This document shows, one piece after another, positions 1 through 10,463 of a stretch of DNA of 64,000 bases (position 1 is the stretch's first letter; every line of letters starts with the position of its first letter). Below the pieces are notes generated by a model. It was not told the DNA's origin. It worked only from the letters and a program-made list of their open reading frames with translations, and did not search any database. The DNA is from a virus, in IMG/VR virus record IMGVR_UViG_3300009180_000022, one strand, 5' to 3'. The position numbers and the translations under genes were made by a program.

Positions 1-16
1 ATTAATCGGAGACATA

Positions 17-760
17 ATGGCAGTTCCAACTTCAAGAATCACCTTTAAAGAGTATTGCTTAAGAAAGCTAGGTAAGCCAGTCATTGAAATTAACGTAGAT
101 GACGATCAGGTTGATGATCGTGTGGATGAGGCGTTAAAGTACTACTATGACTATCACTTTGATGGAACTGAAAAGCTTTACTATAAGCACCAAGTAACCG
201 ATACTAATAAGGCTAATAAGTTTATTACTTTACCAGATAACATTATTGGCGCAGTTAGAATATTCTCAATTGCTGACCCTTCTATCCGTTCAGATGATTT
301 ATTTAATATACGATATCAAATTGCATTAAACGATCTTTACTCCCTAACCTCTGTCAGCATGGTACCGTATTATATGGTTATGCAGAATCTTGCCACTATT
401 ACAGAAATGCTGGTAGGAAAGCAACCCATAAGATATAACAGACACACCAATAAGTTATATGTAGATATGGATTGGAATTCTATTGCAACAGGTGAATTCT
501 TGTTAGTTGAAGCATATGAAGTTATTGATCCAGATGTATATACAGATGCATGGGGCGATAGATGGCTTCAAGAATATGCTTCAGCAAAGATCAAATATCA
601 ATGGGGATCTAATCTTACCAAGTTTACCGGAATGACCTTACCTGGTGGAATTCAGTTTAACGGCGAAAAAATTCTTGATGATGCAAAGGCTGATATAGAA
701 AAATTAGAAAAAGAAATGATATCCAGCTACAGCTTGCCTGTCAGTGATATGGTAGGATAA
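17..760 (+). CDS. gp13: Neck protein gp13
   Basis: YCLRKLGKPVIEINVDDDQ and KYQWGSNLTKF..LPGG motifs; first gene of T4-like gp13-14-15-16-17-18 order. Confidence 0.92.
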   Translation: MAVPTSRITFKEYCLRKLGKPVIEINVDDDQVDDRVDEALKYYYDYHFDGTEKLYYKHQVTDTNKANKFITLPDNIIGAVRIFSIADPSIRSDDLFNIRYQIALNDLYSLTSVSMVPYYMVMQNLATITEMLVGKQPIRYNRHTNKLYVDMDWNSIATGEFLLVEAYEVIDPDVYTDAWGDRWLQEYASAKIKYQWGSNLTKFTGMTLPGGIQFNGEKILDDAKADIEKLEKEMISSYSLPVSDMVG

Positions 761-761
761 T

Positions 762-1502
762 ATGGCGACATCAGTATTCTTCAATAATTTTCAAAGCAGC
801 CAAGAGCAGTTTTTAATTGAAGATTTAGTTATTGAAAGTATCAAGATCTACGGGCACGATGTCTATTATATACCTCGTGTACGTATTGCTTATGATAAAA
901 TTTATGGTGAAGACACCCTTTCGGAATTTATAGATTCTTATTTTGTTGAGATGTTCATTAAGAATGTGGATGGGTTTGATGGTGATGGAGACTTCATTTC
1001 TAAGTTTGGTCTAGAAATACGCGATAGAGTTACATTTACTATTGCTAGAAGAACATTTAATAATGAAATTGGTCTTAATAATAATGCAGTAAGACCGTTT
1101 GAAGGTGATCTTATATTCTTCCCGCTAAACAAAAAGATTTTTGAAATTAAATTTGTAGAGCATGAAGCTATCTTTTACCAGATGGGCGCACTTCAGACTT
1201 ATGATCTTGTTTGTGAGTTGTTTGAATACAGTAGTGAAAGATTTAATACTGGTTTAGATTTTATTGATACCTTGTTTACTAATAACTATCTTACTGGTAA
1301 AAACTACTCTGAAGTTATTACTGATTATGCGTTTATAACAGAAGATTATAATCCATATCAAATAATTACTGAAGATGGATATAGAATTATACAAGAAGAT
1401 AGTTCTAATTCAGATCTAGGTGATAGTACGGAGCTTCAAACAGAAGCAGACGTGTTTATTGACTTTAGTGAATTAGATCCATTTGCCGAGGGTACGTACT
1501 AA
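762..1502 (+). CDS. gp14: Neck protein gp14
   Basis: IEDLVIESIKIYGHDVYYIPR, SKFGLEIRD, RPFEGDLIFFP, DFSELDPF; synteny. Confidence 0.92.
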   Translation: MATSVFFNNFQSSQEQFLIEDLVIESIKIYGHDVYYIPRVRIAYDKIYGEDTLSEFIDSYFVEMFIKNVDGFDGDGDFISKFGLEIRDRVTFTIARRTFNNEIGLNNNAVRPFEGDLIFFPLNKKIFEIKFVEHEAIFYQMGALQTYDLVCELFEYSSERFNTGLDFIDTLFTNNYLTGKNYSEVITDYAFITEDYNPYQIITEDGYRIIQEDSSNSDLGDSTELQTEADVFIDFSELDPFAEGTY

Positions 1503-2308
1503 TGTTAGGTCACGATTTTTATCATAAAACTCTCAGAAAATATGTTGCGTTATTTGGCACTATATTTAATGAAATCTATATTAATAGGGTCGATAATGAT
1601 GGTGCTAACGTCCAGACATTAAAGATTCCAGTTACTTACGGGCCAAAGACCAAAGGTCTATCACGGGTAGATAATGATCCTGCACTTAACAGACCTGCTC
1701 AAATATCATCACCCCTTATATCATTTGAGATGACAGGGATGAGGTATGCATCTGACAGAAAGCTTAACTCTAGAAGAATGCATGCAATTGATACTAATAC
1801 CCTCAATACCGAGCAACTAGACTACATCTATAATCCTGTACCATATGATATAGATTTTAGCATGTACATTCTTGTTAAGAATGCAGAAGATGGTACTAAA
1901 ATTTTAGAGCAAATACTGCCGTTTTTCACCCCAGAGTGGACTCCTTCTGTTACTCTTATTAGTGAACCAGAAGTAAAAATGGACATACCACTAGTAATTC
2001 AAGGTGTAACATCAGAAGATACATATGAAGGTAGTGTAGATGAAAGAAGAACCATTATATGGACACTTACCTTCACTATGAAGGGATATTTGTTTGGTCC
2101 TCCTCGTAAATCAGAGACGATCAAGCTGGCAAATATTAATTTTTATACGGCCTATTCAAACACATCAGCACATGATAATGTTTCTATTTTACCTGGGCTC
2201 ACATCAAATGGTCAACCGACTAACAATGCATCACTAACCATAGATAAGAGTATTATTAAGGCAACTGATGATTGGGATTATATCATAACTATTAATAATG
2301 TAATATAA
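1502..2308 (+). CDS. gp15: Tail sheath stabilizer / terminator gp15
   Basis: FYHKTLRKYVALFGTIFN, PVPYDIDF, ILEQILPFFTP; synteny. Confidence 0.9.
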   Translation: MLGHDFYHKTLRKYVALFGTIFNEIYINRVDNDGANVQTLKIPVTYGPKTKGLSRVDNDPALNRPAQISSPLISFEMTGMRYASDRKLNSRRMHAIDTNTLNTEQLDYIYNPVPYDIDFSMYILVKNAEDGTKILEQILPFFTPEWTPSVTLISEPEVKMDIPLVIQGVTSEDTYEGSVDERRTIIWTLTFTMKGYLFGPPRKSETIKLANINFYTAYSNTSAHDNVSILPGLTSNGQPTNNASLTIDKSIIKATDDWDYIITINNVI

Positions 2309-2682
2309 TGAATGAAGAGATTAGCAAAGCCCTTGGACTCACACATATAGAAGTACCTACAGCAGACGTCCAGGAGATTCCTCAGATAGAATCAGATTAT
2401 GAATATGCTCGTGCTAACATGATTGAAATAATTCAAAAGGGTAATTCTGCATTAGATAACATTATCAGCGTGGCTAATATGTCACAAAATCCTCGCGCAT
2501 ACGAAGTAGCCGCAAACCTTATTAAGAACATGGCTGAGATTAATAAGGACCTTCTTGACTTGACTAAAAAGAAAATGGATATATCTGGCGAGCTTGGGCA
2601 CCCAAAAACTATCAACAACAACTTATTTGTTGGTAGTACAGCTGAGCTTCAAAAGTTAATTAAAAATAATGGCAGCAACTGA
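2308..2682 (+). CDS. gp16: Terminase small subunit gp16
   Basis: DYEYAR..PRAYEVA..NNNLFVGSTAELQK, directly upstream of large terminase. Confidence 0.88.
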   Translation: MNEEISKALGLTHIEVPTADVQEIPQIESDYEYARANMIEIIQKGNSALDNIISVANMSQNPRAYEVAANLIKNMAEINKDLLDLTKKKMDISGELGHPKTINNNLFVGSTAELQKLIKNNGSN

Positions 2683-4294
2683 CAATTATCAAGGCAATCG
2701 TAACCTTAAGAAAACTAACGTTGCGATAGCCTGGACCCAGGAACAAGTACAAGAATATTTAAAGTGTGCACGTAATCCTGTATACTTTATTACGACATAT
2801 GTAAAGATTGTTAACGTTGATCAAGGTTTAATTCCTTTTAACTTGTATGATTTTCAAAAGGATATGGTTGACCTATCAGTCGCCGAACGTTTCGTTATTT
2901 GTAAAATGCCTCGACAGGTTGGTAAGACTACCACAGTTGCTGCATTACTTCTTTGGTATATTTTATTTCATGAATCATACTCTGTTGCTCTCCTTGCACA
3001 TAAGGAAGCCCAGGCTATTGAAATTCTATCTAGGGTTCAACTTGCTTATGAACACTTACCAAAATGGCTTCAGCAGGGTATTGTTGAATGGAATAAAAAG
3101 AGCGTTGAATTAGAAAACGGCTCAACCATTATAGCGTCTTCTACATCATCATCTGCTATTCGTGGAACATCTCAAAACCTGGTATACTTGGATGAGTTTG
3201 CGTTCGTTCCTAACAACTTACAAGAGCAGTTCTTTGCATCAGTTTATCCTACAATTTCTTCCGGTAAAACCACTAAGGTCCTAATAACATCTACTCCTAA
3301 CGGGCTTAATCAGTTCTATAGAATCTGGGCAAACTCGGAGAGAGGTCAAAATGACTATAAGCGATTTGATGTGCATTGGAGCAATGTACCAGGTCGTGAT
3401 GAAGAGTGGAAAAAAGAGACAATTAGAAATACATCTGAAGAACAATTCAGGGTTGAATTTGAATGCGAGTTTGTAGGTTCTACTGATACGTTAATATCAG
3501 CAGCTAAATTAAGCAAGCTAATATACCTTGATCCAACAAGGCAGACTGAGCATTTAAAGGTATATGAAGAACCGCAAAAGGATAAAATATACGCTATTGC
3601 AGTAGATACTGCCCGTGGGGGCGGGGCTGATTATTCAGCCTTTCAGGTAATGGATATTTCTAAGTCACCATACACCCAGGTTGCTAGATATCTTAACAAT
3701 ACAGTCCCTGTAATGTTGTATCCTACTATAATTTATGAGACGGCAAGGTATTACAACAACGCCCTTATTCTAGTTGAAACTAACGATATTGGTGGTCAGG
3801 TTGCTGATATGCTTGCATACGATCTAGAATATGAGGGGGTTTTAAAAACTATAAGTAATCACAATAACACTGTAGAGATATCTGCAGGGTTTGCGGCAGG
3901 ATCAAAATTAGGCATCCGTACAACTAAATCAACAAAGCGTGTTGGGTGTATGAACTTAAAGAACCTGATAGAGAGTGATAAGTTAATAATCAATGATTAT
4001 GAAACAATTGAAGAGTTGATGAGGTTTTCCTTTAATGGGGTATCTTATGTGGCTGAAGAAGGGCATGATGACCTAACAATGGGGCTTGTGCTTTTTGCTT
4101 GGCTTTCAACTCAAAATTATTTTAAAGAGATAAGCAATAGTGATGTTCGACGTGATCTGTTCACTGAGAATCTTAAAAGAATTGAAGAAGAAATGCTACC
4201 ATTTGGTATTATAGCTGATGGTAATGAACAAATATCAAAAATTGAAATTATAGATTTAGAGCGCATGTCATTTGATAGATGGATGTCTAGTTAA
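2669..4294 (+). CDS. gp17: Terminase large subunit gp17
   Basis: Walker A PRQVGKTT, Walker B YLDEFAF, STPNG, nuclease VDTARG and HDDL motifs. Confidence 0.97.
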   Translation: MAATDNYQGNRNLKKTNVAIAWTQEQVQEYLKCARNPVYFITTYVKIVNVDQGLIPFNLYDFQKDMVDLSVAERFVICKMPRQVGKTTTVAALLLWYILFHESYSVALLAHKEAQAIEILSRVQLAYEHLPKWLQQGIVEWNKKSVELENGSTIIASSTSSSAIRGTSQNLVYLDEFAFVPNNLQEQFFASVYPTISSGKTTKVLITSTPNGLNQFYRIWANSERGQNDYKRFDVHWSNVPGRDEEWKKETIRNTSEEQFRVEFECEFVGSTDTLISAAKLSKLIYLDPTRQTEHLKVYEEPQKDKIYAIAVDTARGGGADYSAFQVMDISKSPYTQVARYLNNTVPVMLYPTIIYETARYYNNALILVETNDIGGQVADMLAYDLEYEGVLKTISNHNNTVEISAGFAAGSKLGIRTTKSTKRVGCMNLKNLIESDKLIINDYETIEELMRFSFNGVSYVAEEGHDDLTMGLVLFAWLSTQNYFKEISNSDVRRDLFTENLKRIEEEMLPFGIIADGNEQISKIEIIDLERMSFDRWMSS

Positions 4295-4309
4295 CGACTT
4301 TTCTGATTT

Positions 4310-4341
4310 TATAAATATCTTTAAGTTCTTAGTTATAAATA
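4310..4341 (+). promoter_or_regulatory. Two T4-type late promoters (TATAAATA) upstream of gp18
   Basis: TATAAATA at 4310-4317 and 4334-4341; gp55 is encoded in the window. Confidence 0.8.
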
Positions 4342-4363
4342 CAACCTCTGAAGGGAGAATCAT

Positions 4364-6487
4364 ATGCCATTTCAAGTAAGTCCAGGCGTAAATGTTTCTG
4401 AAATAGACCTGACTACCGTAGTCCCAGCAGTTTCAACAACCGAAGGCGCCATTGCTGGTGTGTTTCGTTGGGGACCAGTGAATACACGTGTTCTAGTTGA
4501 TTCTGAATCCACGCTAGTTAGCCGTTTCTGCAAACCAACCAATCACAACCCAGAAACCTTCTTTACTGCAGCTAACTTTTTAGCCTACGGTAATCAATTG
4601 TATGTTGTTCGTACTGCAGATACAACCGATGCAACAGGCGCCAACGGCGTTCTTTCCGCATACGGTAATGTAGCTGCTGTAACAACCAATACAAACCTTA
4701 TTGTTAAGAATGATGCACTAATCGATAGTAATACTGTTTCTGCTGCTATCACAGCAGAAACAGGTGTAAGGTACATTGCAAGATACCCAGGATCAATGGG
4801 TAACTCTTTAAAAGTCTCTGCCTGCGATACACCTAATGCCTTCTTTTCTTCAACTATTCTAGCTGATAACCAAGGTCCAAACACCTATAACGTTTCAGGG
4901 GTATTTACAGCTGTTGTTGCACAAAACGGTAATAATCAAGTACTTGTTCAAATTGCTAACGGTTCAGCTAATACTGTTGCCCAGGCACTTGTACGCCTTG
5001 ATGTAGTTCGCTCTTTACTTAACGTTAATGATCTTATTGAACTTGGTAATTCAACAATTGGTACTCAACTGCTAAAAGTTTCTTCTATTGCAACTTCTGT
5101 ATCTAATTCTACACATGCGTCTTTTATTATTAATTGTGCATCAAAGTACACACTGTCTAGTATAGGACTTACTACTGTTGCTAACGGCGCAACCCTTAGC
5201 CAAGGTAAATTAACCCGCTATTGGGAATATGCATTTAACGTAGATTCTGCTCCAGGAACTTCGGCATTTACAACCAACTTCGGTAATTCAGCTGCAATTG
5301 ACGAGGTGCATGTGGTTGTTGCTGACGAAGGGGGTGAGTTTACAGGAGTACCAGGTACCGTGCTTGAAGTATATAAAGGTCTTTCAAGAGCAACGAATGC
5401 CAAAACTGATGATGGTACATCTAACTATATCAAAACTGTAATTAACCAAAATTCAGATTACGTATATTACGCAAATGATAGAGCAAGCGAGTTCTCAAAT
5501 CCCGCAGCCAATTTAGCTTCTTTAGCATTTACTGCGCCTTTAAGCCTGTCCTTTTCAGGCGGATTCGATGGATTAGATGAAGCAAACGTGTCGATTAATA
5601 CTTTAACTGCCGGGTATGATATGTTTGTATCACCTGATGATGTAAGTGTTGCCTTAGTAATGCAGGGTAAGGCAAGGGATGGAGTAGCAAATACTCAACT
5701 TGCTAACTACATTATTCAAAACATTTGCGAAGTAAGAAAAGATTGCGTAGCGTTTATTTCTCCATGTAAAACTGACGTTGTACTCAATGCTGGTCAAACC
5801 GAAGCTTTAAATATGGTTGAATTTCGTAATGCTATTACTTCTTCTTCATACGGCTTCATCGATTCTGGATACAAGTATCAATACGACAAGTATAATGATA
5901 TTTACCGCTATGTTCCTTTAAATGGAGACATGGCCGGGCTTTGCGTGCGTACTGATGAGACAAGAGATCCTTGGTTCTCACCTGCTGGATACAATAGAGG
6001 CATTATTAAGAATGTTGTTAAGCTTGCGTTCAATCCAAATAAAACTGCACGTGATGTGCTTTATAAGAATGGTATCAATCCAGTAGTTACATTCCCTGGA
6101 CAAGGAACACTCCTGTTTGGTGATAAGACTGCTCTTTCTAAGCCATCGGCATTCGATCGTATCAACGTTCGTCGTCTGTTTATCGTGCTTGAAAAAGCGA
6201 TTGCAACTGCTGCTAAGTATTCATTATTCGAATTCAACGATGACATTACACGTGCACAGTTCAAGAACTTAGTTGAACCGTTCCTACGAGATGTTCAAGG
6301 TCGCCGTGGCATTTACGACTTCAAGGTAATTTGTGACACCACAAACAATACTGGTGAGGTCATCGATAGAAATGAGTTTAGAGGTGATATCTATATTAAA
6401 CCAGCCAAGTCTATTAACTTTATACAACTGAACTTTATTGCAGTGAGATCGGGTATTGAATTCTCCGAAATCGTTGGACAGTTCTAA
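4364..6487 (+). CDS. gp18: Tail sheath protein gp18
   Basis: SPGVNVSEIDLT N-terminus, PWFSPAG, FDRINVRRLF, KPAKSINFI. Confidence 0.97.
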   Translation: MPFQVSPGVNVSEIDLTTVVPAVSTTEGAIAGVFRWGPVNTRVLVDSESTLVSRFCKPTNHNPETFFTAANFLAYGNQLYVVRTADTTDATGANGVLSAYGNVAAVTTNTNLIVKNDALIDSNTVSAAITAETGVRYIARYPGSMGNSLKVSACDTPNAFFSSTILADNQGPNTYNVSGVFTAVVAQNGNNQVLVQIANGSANTVAQALVRLDVVRSLLNVNDLIELGNSTIGTQLLKVSSIATSVSNSTHASFIINCASKYTLSSIGLTTVANGATLSQGKLTRYWEYAFNVDSAPGTSAFTTNFGNSAAIDEVHVVVADEGGEFTGVPGTVLEVYKGLSRATNAKTDDGTSNYIKTVINQNSDYVYYANDRASEFSNPAANLASLAFTAPLSLSFSGGFDGLDEANVSINTLTAGYDMFVSPDDVSVALVMQGKARDGVANTQLANYIIQNICEVRKDCVAFISPCKTDVVLNAGQTEALNMVEFRNAITSSSYGFIDSGYKYQYDKYNDIYRYVPLNGDMAGLCVRTDETRDPWFSPAGYNRGIIKNVVKLAFNPNKTARDVLYKNGINPVVTFPGQGTLLFGDKTALSKPSAFDRINVRRLFIVLEKAIATAAKYSLFEFNDDITRAQFKNLVEPFLRDVQGRRGIYDFKVICDTTNNTGEVIDRNEFRGDIYIKPAKSINFIQLNFIAVRSGIEFSEIVGQF

Positions 6488-6514
6488 TAAATAACAAGAC
6501 AAGGAGAAACAGAC

Positions 6515-7066
6515 ATGGCATTTGATATAAATGAAATTAGAAGTCAGCTGACCTTGGGAGGGGCTAGAAATAGCCTTTTTCAAGTTATCATTCAAAATCC
6601 AGCGACTGGTGTTGCCGATATTAAATCACCTTTTATGGTTAAGACAGCTGCAATTCCTGCCTCAACTTTAGGTCTTATCGAAGTACCTTATTTTGGTCGT
6701 AAGATTAAACTAGCTGGAGATAGAACGTTCGGTGACTGGACAGTATCAGTAATTAACGATGAAGACTTTTTGATCCGTAATGCCCTTGAGCAATGGTCGA
6801 ATCAAATTCAATCTTTTCAGACTAACCTAAGACAATTTGGTTCATCTAGCCCTTCGGCCTACAAGGCACAGGCTCAGGTTACCCAATTCTCTAAGACTGG
6901 TGTGCCCATCAGGACATACACGTTTAACGGTATATACCCATCTGAAATTTCACCTATCGAACTCGATTGGAACTCAACAGACTCTATTGAAGAGTTTCAA
7001 GTAACTTTCCAATACGACTGGTGGGAAGTAACCGGTGGAACTACAGGAAACGCCGGCGGAGCTTAA
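6515..7066 (+). CDS. gp19: Tail tube protein gp19
   Basis: GGAR..LF, GRKIKLAGDRTF, IEEFQVTFQYDWW. Confidence 0.96.
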   Translation: MAFDINEIRSQLTLGGARNSLFQVIIQNPATGVADIKSPFMVKTAAIPASTLGLIEVPYFGRKIKLAGDRTFGDWTVSVINDEDFLIRNALEQWSNQIQSFQTNLRQFGSSSPSAYKAQAQVTQFSKTGVPIRTYTFNGIYPSEISPIELDWNSTDSIEEFQVTFQYDWWEVTGGTTGNAGGA

Positions 7067-7118
7067 ATTGTGAGGCGGTGAGAGATCATCGCCATTTTAT
7101 TCATTATAAGGATTTTAA

Positions 7119-8717
7119 ATGGCTCAGCTATTTGGTTTTGAGATACGCCGCAAGCAAGAACTTGTACAACAAGCAAACCCCAACATACAAACCTTCTCTC
7201 CAGAAGCCAAAGATGATGGGGCTGTCGTTGTTGCTGCAGGAGGCGCATACGGCACCTACGTTGATATGGAAGGATCGGCTCGATCAGAAGCCGATTTAAT
7301 CAACAAATATAGAGAAATAGCCCAGCATCCAGAAGTTGATCAAGCTATTGATGATATTGTAAATGAGGCAATTGTTTTTGAACCTGATGAAAAGGTTGTA
7401 CAGATTAATCTTGATGACGTAGAACTTTCAGCAGGCGTCAAGAAAACAATCACAACTGAGTTTGGTGAAATACTTGACATGCTTAGTTTTCAACAACAAC
7501 CCTATGATCTGTTTAGACGTTGGTATGTTGATGGTAGGTTGTATTATCATATCGTTATTGATACGAAGAATCCAGGGGAAGGGATTCAAGAATTAAGATA
7601 CCTTGATCCGCGTAAGATACGCAAGATTAGGGAAGTCAAAAAGAAAAGAGATCCAGCAACATCTGCAACAGTTACTAAGACTGCAGGTGAATATTTTCTC
7701 TATAACGAGAAGGGACTCAACAATCAAAAAGCCGGCGCCGCATCTGCAATGGATGCCCAGAACACAACCGGTCTAAGAATTGCAAAAGATAGTATTGCCC
7801 ACGTTACATCTGGATTGATGGATGTAAACAATACAATAGTACTTTCTTATGTACATAAGGCTATCAAGCCTTTAAATCAATTAAGAACACTAGAAGATGC
7901 TACTGTTATTTACAGAGTATCCCGTGCACCAGAAAGAAGGATCTTCTACATTGACGTAGGTAACCTTCCTAAGATGAAGGCCGAGCAATATCTCAGTGAC
8001 ATCATGACTAAGTTTAAGAATAGACTTGTATATGATTCATCTACAGGTGAAATTAGAGACGATAGAAAATTCATGACTATGCTTGAGGACTTCTGGTTCC
8101 CAAGACGTGAAGGTGGTAAAGGTACAGAAGTTACTACGCTACCAGCTGGCCAGAACTTAGGGGAGATGTCCGATGTTGAATACTTCAAGAAGAAGTTATA
8201 TCAATCGTTAAACGTTCCCACTTCAAGGTTCTCTTCCCAGGATGATCCTTTTGATATCGGTCGTTCTACTCAGGTATCGAGAGACGAGGTTAAGTTTGCC
8301 AAGTTCATTAATAGGCTGAGATTGCGTTTTTCTCAGCTGTTTTTAAAGTGTCTTGAGAAGCAGCTAATACTTAAAGGTATCACTACTTCGGCAGACTGGG
8401 AATCAATTTCTAAGAACATTAGATTTGACTTTGCAAAAGACAATTATTTCTCCGAGCTTAAAGAGACTGAAGTACTTACAGGCAGGCTAAATACCCTAAA
8501 CATGATTGAACCTTACGCCGGTAAGTATTATTCTCATACCTGGATTCGTAAGAATATACTTCGTCAGTCAGATGAAGATATTGAAGAAATGGATGAGCAG
8601 ATTGAAGGGGAACAGGATGATGAAAAGTTTAACCCGCCTGTAGATGCGATTGGTAATCCAATGTCTCCAGGTCAAGGTATTCCTAATCCAAATCAGCCTA
8701 GTTCTGACGAACAATAA
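7119..8717 (+). CDS. gp20: Portal vertex protein gp20
   Basis: YRVSRAPERRIFYIDVGNLPK, MLEDFWFPRREGGKGTEVTTLP. Confidence 0.97.
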   Translation: MAQLFGFEIRRKQELVQQANPNIQTFSPEAKDDGAVVVAAGGAYGTYVDMEGSARSEADLINKYREIAQHPEVDQAIDDIVNEAIVFEPDEKVVQINLDDVELSAGVKKTITTEFGEILDMLSFQQQPYDLFRRWYVDGRLYYHIVIDTKNPGEGIQELRYLDPRKIRKIREVKKKRDPATSATVTKTAGEYFLYNEKGLNNQKAGAASAMDAQNTTGLRIAKDSIAHVTSGLMDVNNTIVLSYVHKAIKPLNQLRTLEDATVIYRVSRAPERRIFYIDVGNLPKMKAEQYLSDIMTKFKNRLVYDSSTGEIRDDRKFMTMLEDFWFPRREGGKGTEVTTLPAGQNLGEMSDVEYFKKKLYQSLNVPTSRFSSQDDPFDIGRSTQVSRDEVKFAKFINRLRLRFSQLFLKCLEKQLILKGITTSADWESISKNIRFDFAKDNYFSELKETEVLTGRLNTLNMIEPYAGKYYSHTWIRKNILRQSDEDIEEMDEQIEGEQDDEKFNPPVDAIGNPMSPGQGIPNPNQPSSDEQ

Positions 8718-8737
8718 ATAAAGAATGGAGTTATGCA

Positions 8738-8944
8738 ATGAGTGAATTTAGCGTACAAGATATGATAGGTAGCGTCTTAGAGAAGCAACCTGAACAGTTT
8801 AGAACAGCTTTCAACGACGTTATGGTCGATAAAATTGCAGCTGCCTTAGATATTAAAAAGCAAGAAGTAGCCCAGAATTATTTCACTACTTCCGAAGAAG
8901 AAACAGAACAAGAAACCGAGGAAGAAAATGGCGAAAACACTTAA
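8738..8944 (+). CDS. Small acidic prohead core protein (gp67-like)
   Basis: Acidic 68 aa protein right after portal, the position of gp67. Confidence 0.6.
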   Translation: MSEFSVQDMIGSVLEKQPEQFRTAFNDVMVDKIAAALDIKKQEVAQNYFTTSEEETEQETEEENGENT

Positions 8945-10085
8945 TCAGGTAGTTGGGTATAGGCCTAAAGCAGGTGACGAACAAAAGTTCGTAGACAAGC
9001 ATGTAATTGCTAGTAAAGAAGATCCTAACGGTAATGGTGACGATGTGTTCAAAGGATCTAAGGTTAAAGTTATGGATCGTATGAAACATCGCCACGGGTA
9101 CGATGTAGGTACCGATGATAAGGTGTATGAGGCAAGACTAGGTGAAGCAATTAATGATAACCTACATCCAGCTGGTGCTGCATTGCTAAAGCACATCAAA
9201 CCAGAACACCATAACAAATACAAAGAACATCTAACTACAGACGTTTTTAATGGTTCATACAAGGACCGTACTGATGTATTAAATGCAGCCAAAAAAGCAG
9301 GGCATTTAAAAGAAGATGCTGAGCAAATTGATGAGCTGTCAAAAACAACTCTTGGTTCTTATGCTAAGAAAGCATCGCGTGATGCAGTAATTACTCGTAA
9401 AATTGGTGCAGATTTTGAGCATCAAGGTAACCGAGCAAAAAGCCCAGGAATGAAAGCGGCAAGTAATGAAATGTCGCAAAAATATAAAGTAAAATCTTGG
9501 AAGCGCAGAGATGGCGTTGACAAAGCAGTTGATCGTTTGACCAAAGAAGAAGTTGAAGGCACAATACCTAAAACCGCAAGAGAAAAAGATTTGGCAGGCA
9601 AGCATGGACATCCTAACCGTATTACATTTGGAGATGTTTTAAAAGCCCGTGGTGTAAAGATGAAGAAAGAAGAAGTCGAGATGGTAACAGAGGGAGATGA
9701 AGCTCACGCACGTTTTCAACACTATCACAATGAATCGGCTAAGTTGCTAAAAAACATTCACTCTGGCCTTTCTAAGCACTACGATAATGTAACCAACAAA
9801 AAAGGTCACAACAATGGTGAAGCCCATTGGGGTCATGTCGGTGACATTAAAGACATTCATAGCAGCCTGCAAGACATACACGATAGAATTCTTCAAACTG
9901 GTGAGTATGCAAAGCCTCCAAAGCCAATCAAAGAAGAAGTAGAAGTTCATGAAGATATCGATACATCGTTGTTAAATCTATACGCAAACCTAGATGATGA
10001 CAATCGTATTTCAATGGTAAAGATGATCGACGAAGGCCGTAAAGATGAACTGTTAGAATTTGCAGTCGAGGCAGGTACTGAATAA
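8928..10085 (+). CDS. Modular prohead core / internal head protein
   Basis: Lies between gp67-like and gp21; charged modules separated by L/I/V-x-E sites; shares an ELSKxTLxSY module with 34085..35749. Confidence 0.5.
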   Translation: MAKTLNQVVGYRPKAGDEQKFVDKHVIASKEDPNGNGDDVFKGSKVKVMDRMKHRHGYDVGTDDKVYEARLGEAINDNLHPAGAALLKHIKPEHHNKYKEHLTTDVFNGSYKDRTDVLNAAKKAGHLKEDAEQIDELSKTTLGSYAKKASRDAVITRKIGADFEHQGNRAKSPGMKAASNEMSQKYKVKSWKRRDGVDKAVDRLTKEEVEGTIPKTAREKDLAGKHGHPNRITFGDVLKARGVKMKKEEVEMVTEGDEAHARFQHYHNESAKLLKNIHSGLSKHYDNVTNKKGHNNGEAHWGHVGDIKDIHSSLQDIHDRILQTGEYAKPPKPIKEEVEVHEDIDTSLLNLYANLDDDNRISMVKMIDEGRKDELLEFAVEAGTE

Positions 10086-10462
10086 TGGCTGCATATACTA
10101 TTGTAACAAACAAGATAGGCACCAGAGCGGTGCTTAGAATTAACGCAAATGTAAATATTTCCGTTAATACCTTATCCGTAGGTGCTAGTGAAATTGTAGG
10201 TGCCGCGACCCTTACATCCATTTATTATGCAAGTAACGATGCAACAACAGCCGCCTACTACAGAGGAAACACCGCCTCTGTAGATAGCGCTATACTCAGA
10301 TTAGTTCCTACTCATAACACATACTTAGATTTTGCTGGTAATGGAATTTCCCCTGATCAAGATCTAAGAACAGCAAATATTATTTTTGTTGTTAGTGGAG
10401 CTAATAACAGTAGTATTATTGCTGAGTTCCATAAAATTTCTAACGCTAACACGAATTACTAA
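10085..10462 (+). CDS. Hypothetical virion-associated protein
   Basis: 125 aa ORF translationally coupled within the head operon. Confidence 0.6.
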   Translation: MAAYTIVTNKIGTRAVLRINANVNISVNTLSVGASEIVGAATLTSIYYASNDATTAAYYRGNTASVDSAILRLVPTHNTYLDFAGNGISPDQDLRTANIIFVVSGANNSSIIAEFHKISNANTNY

Positions 10463-10463
10463 A

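Noticed and set aside
10386-10463. Upstream-extended starts in the ORF track (e.g. 10386, 20066, 26486, 33497, 37415, 38271, 43396, 46536, 53149)
   Set aside because: They overlap upstream genes or promoters; downstream ATGs fit RBS position or family N-termini better
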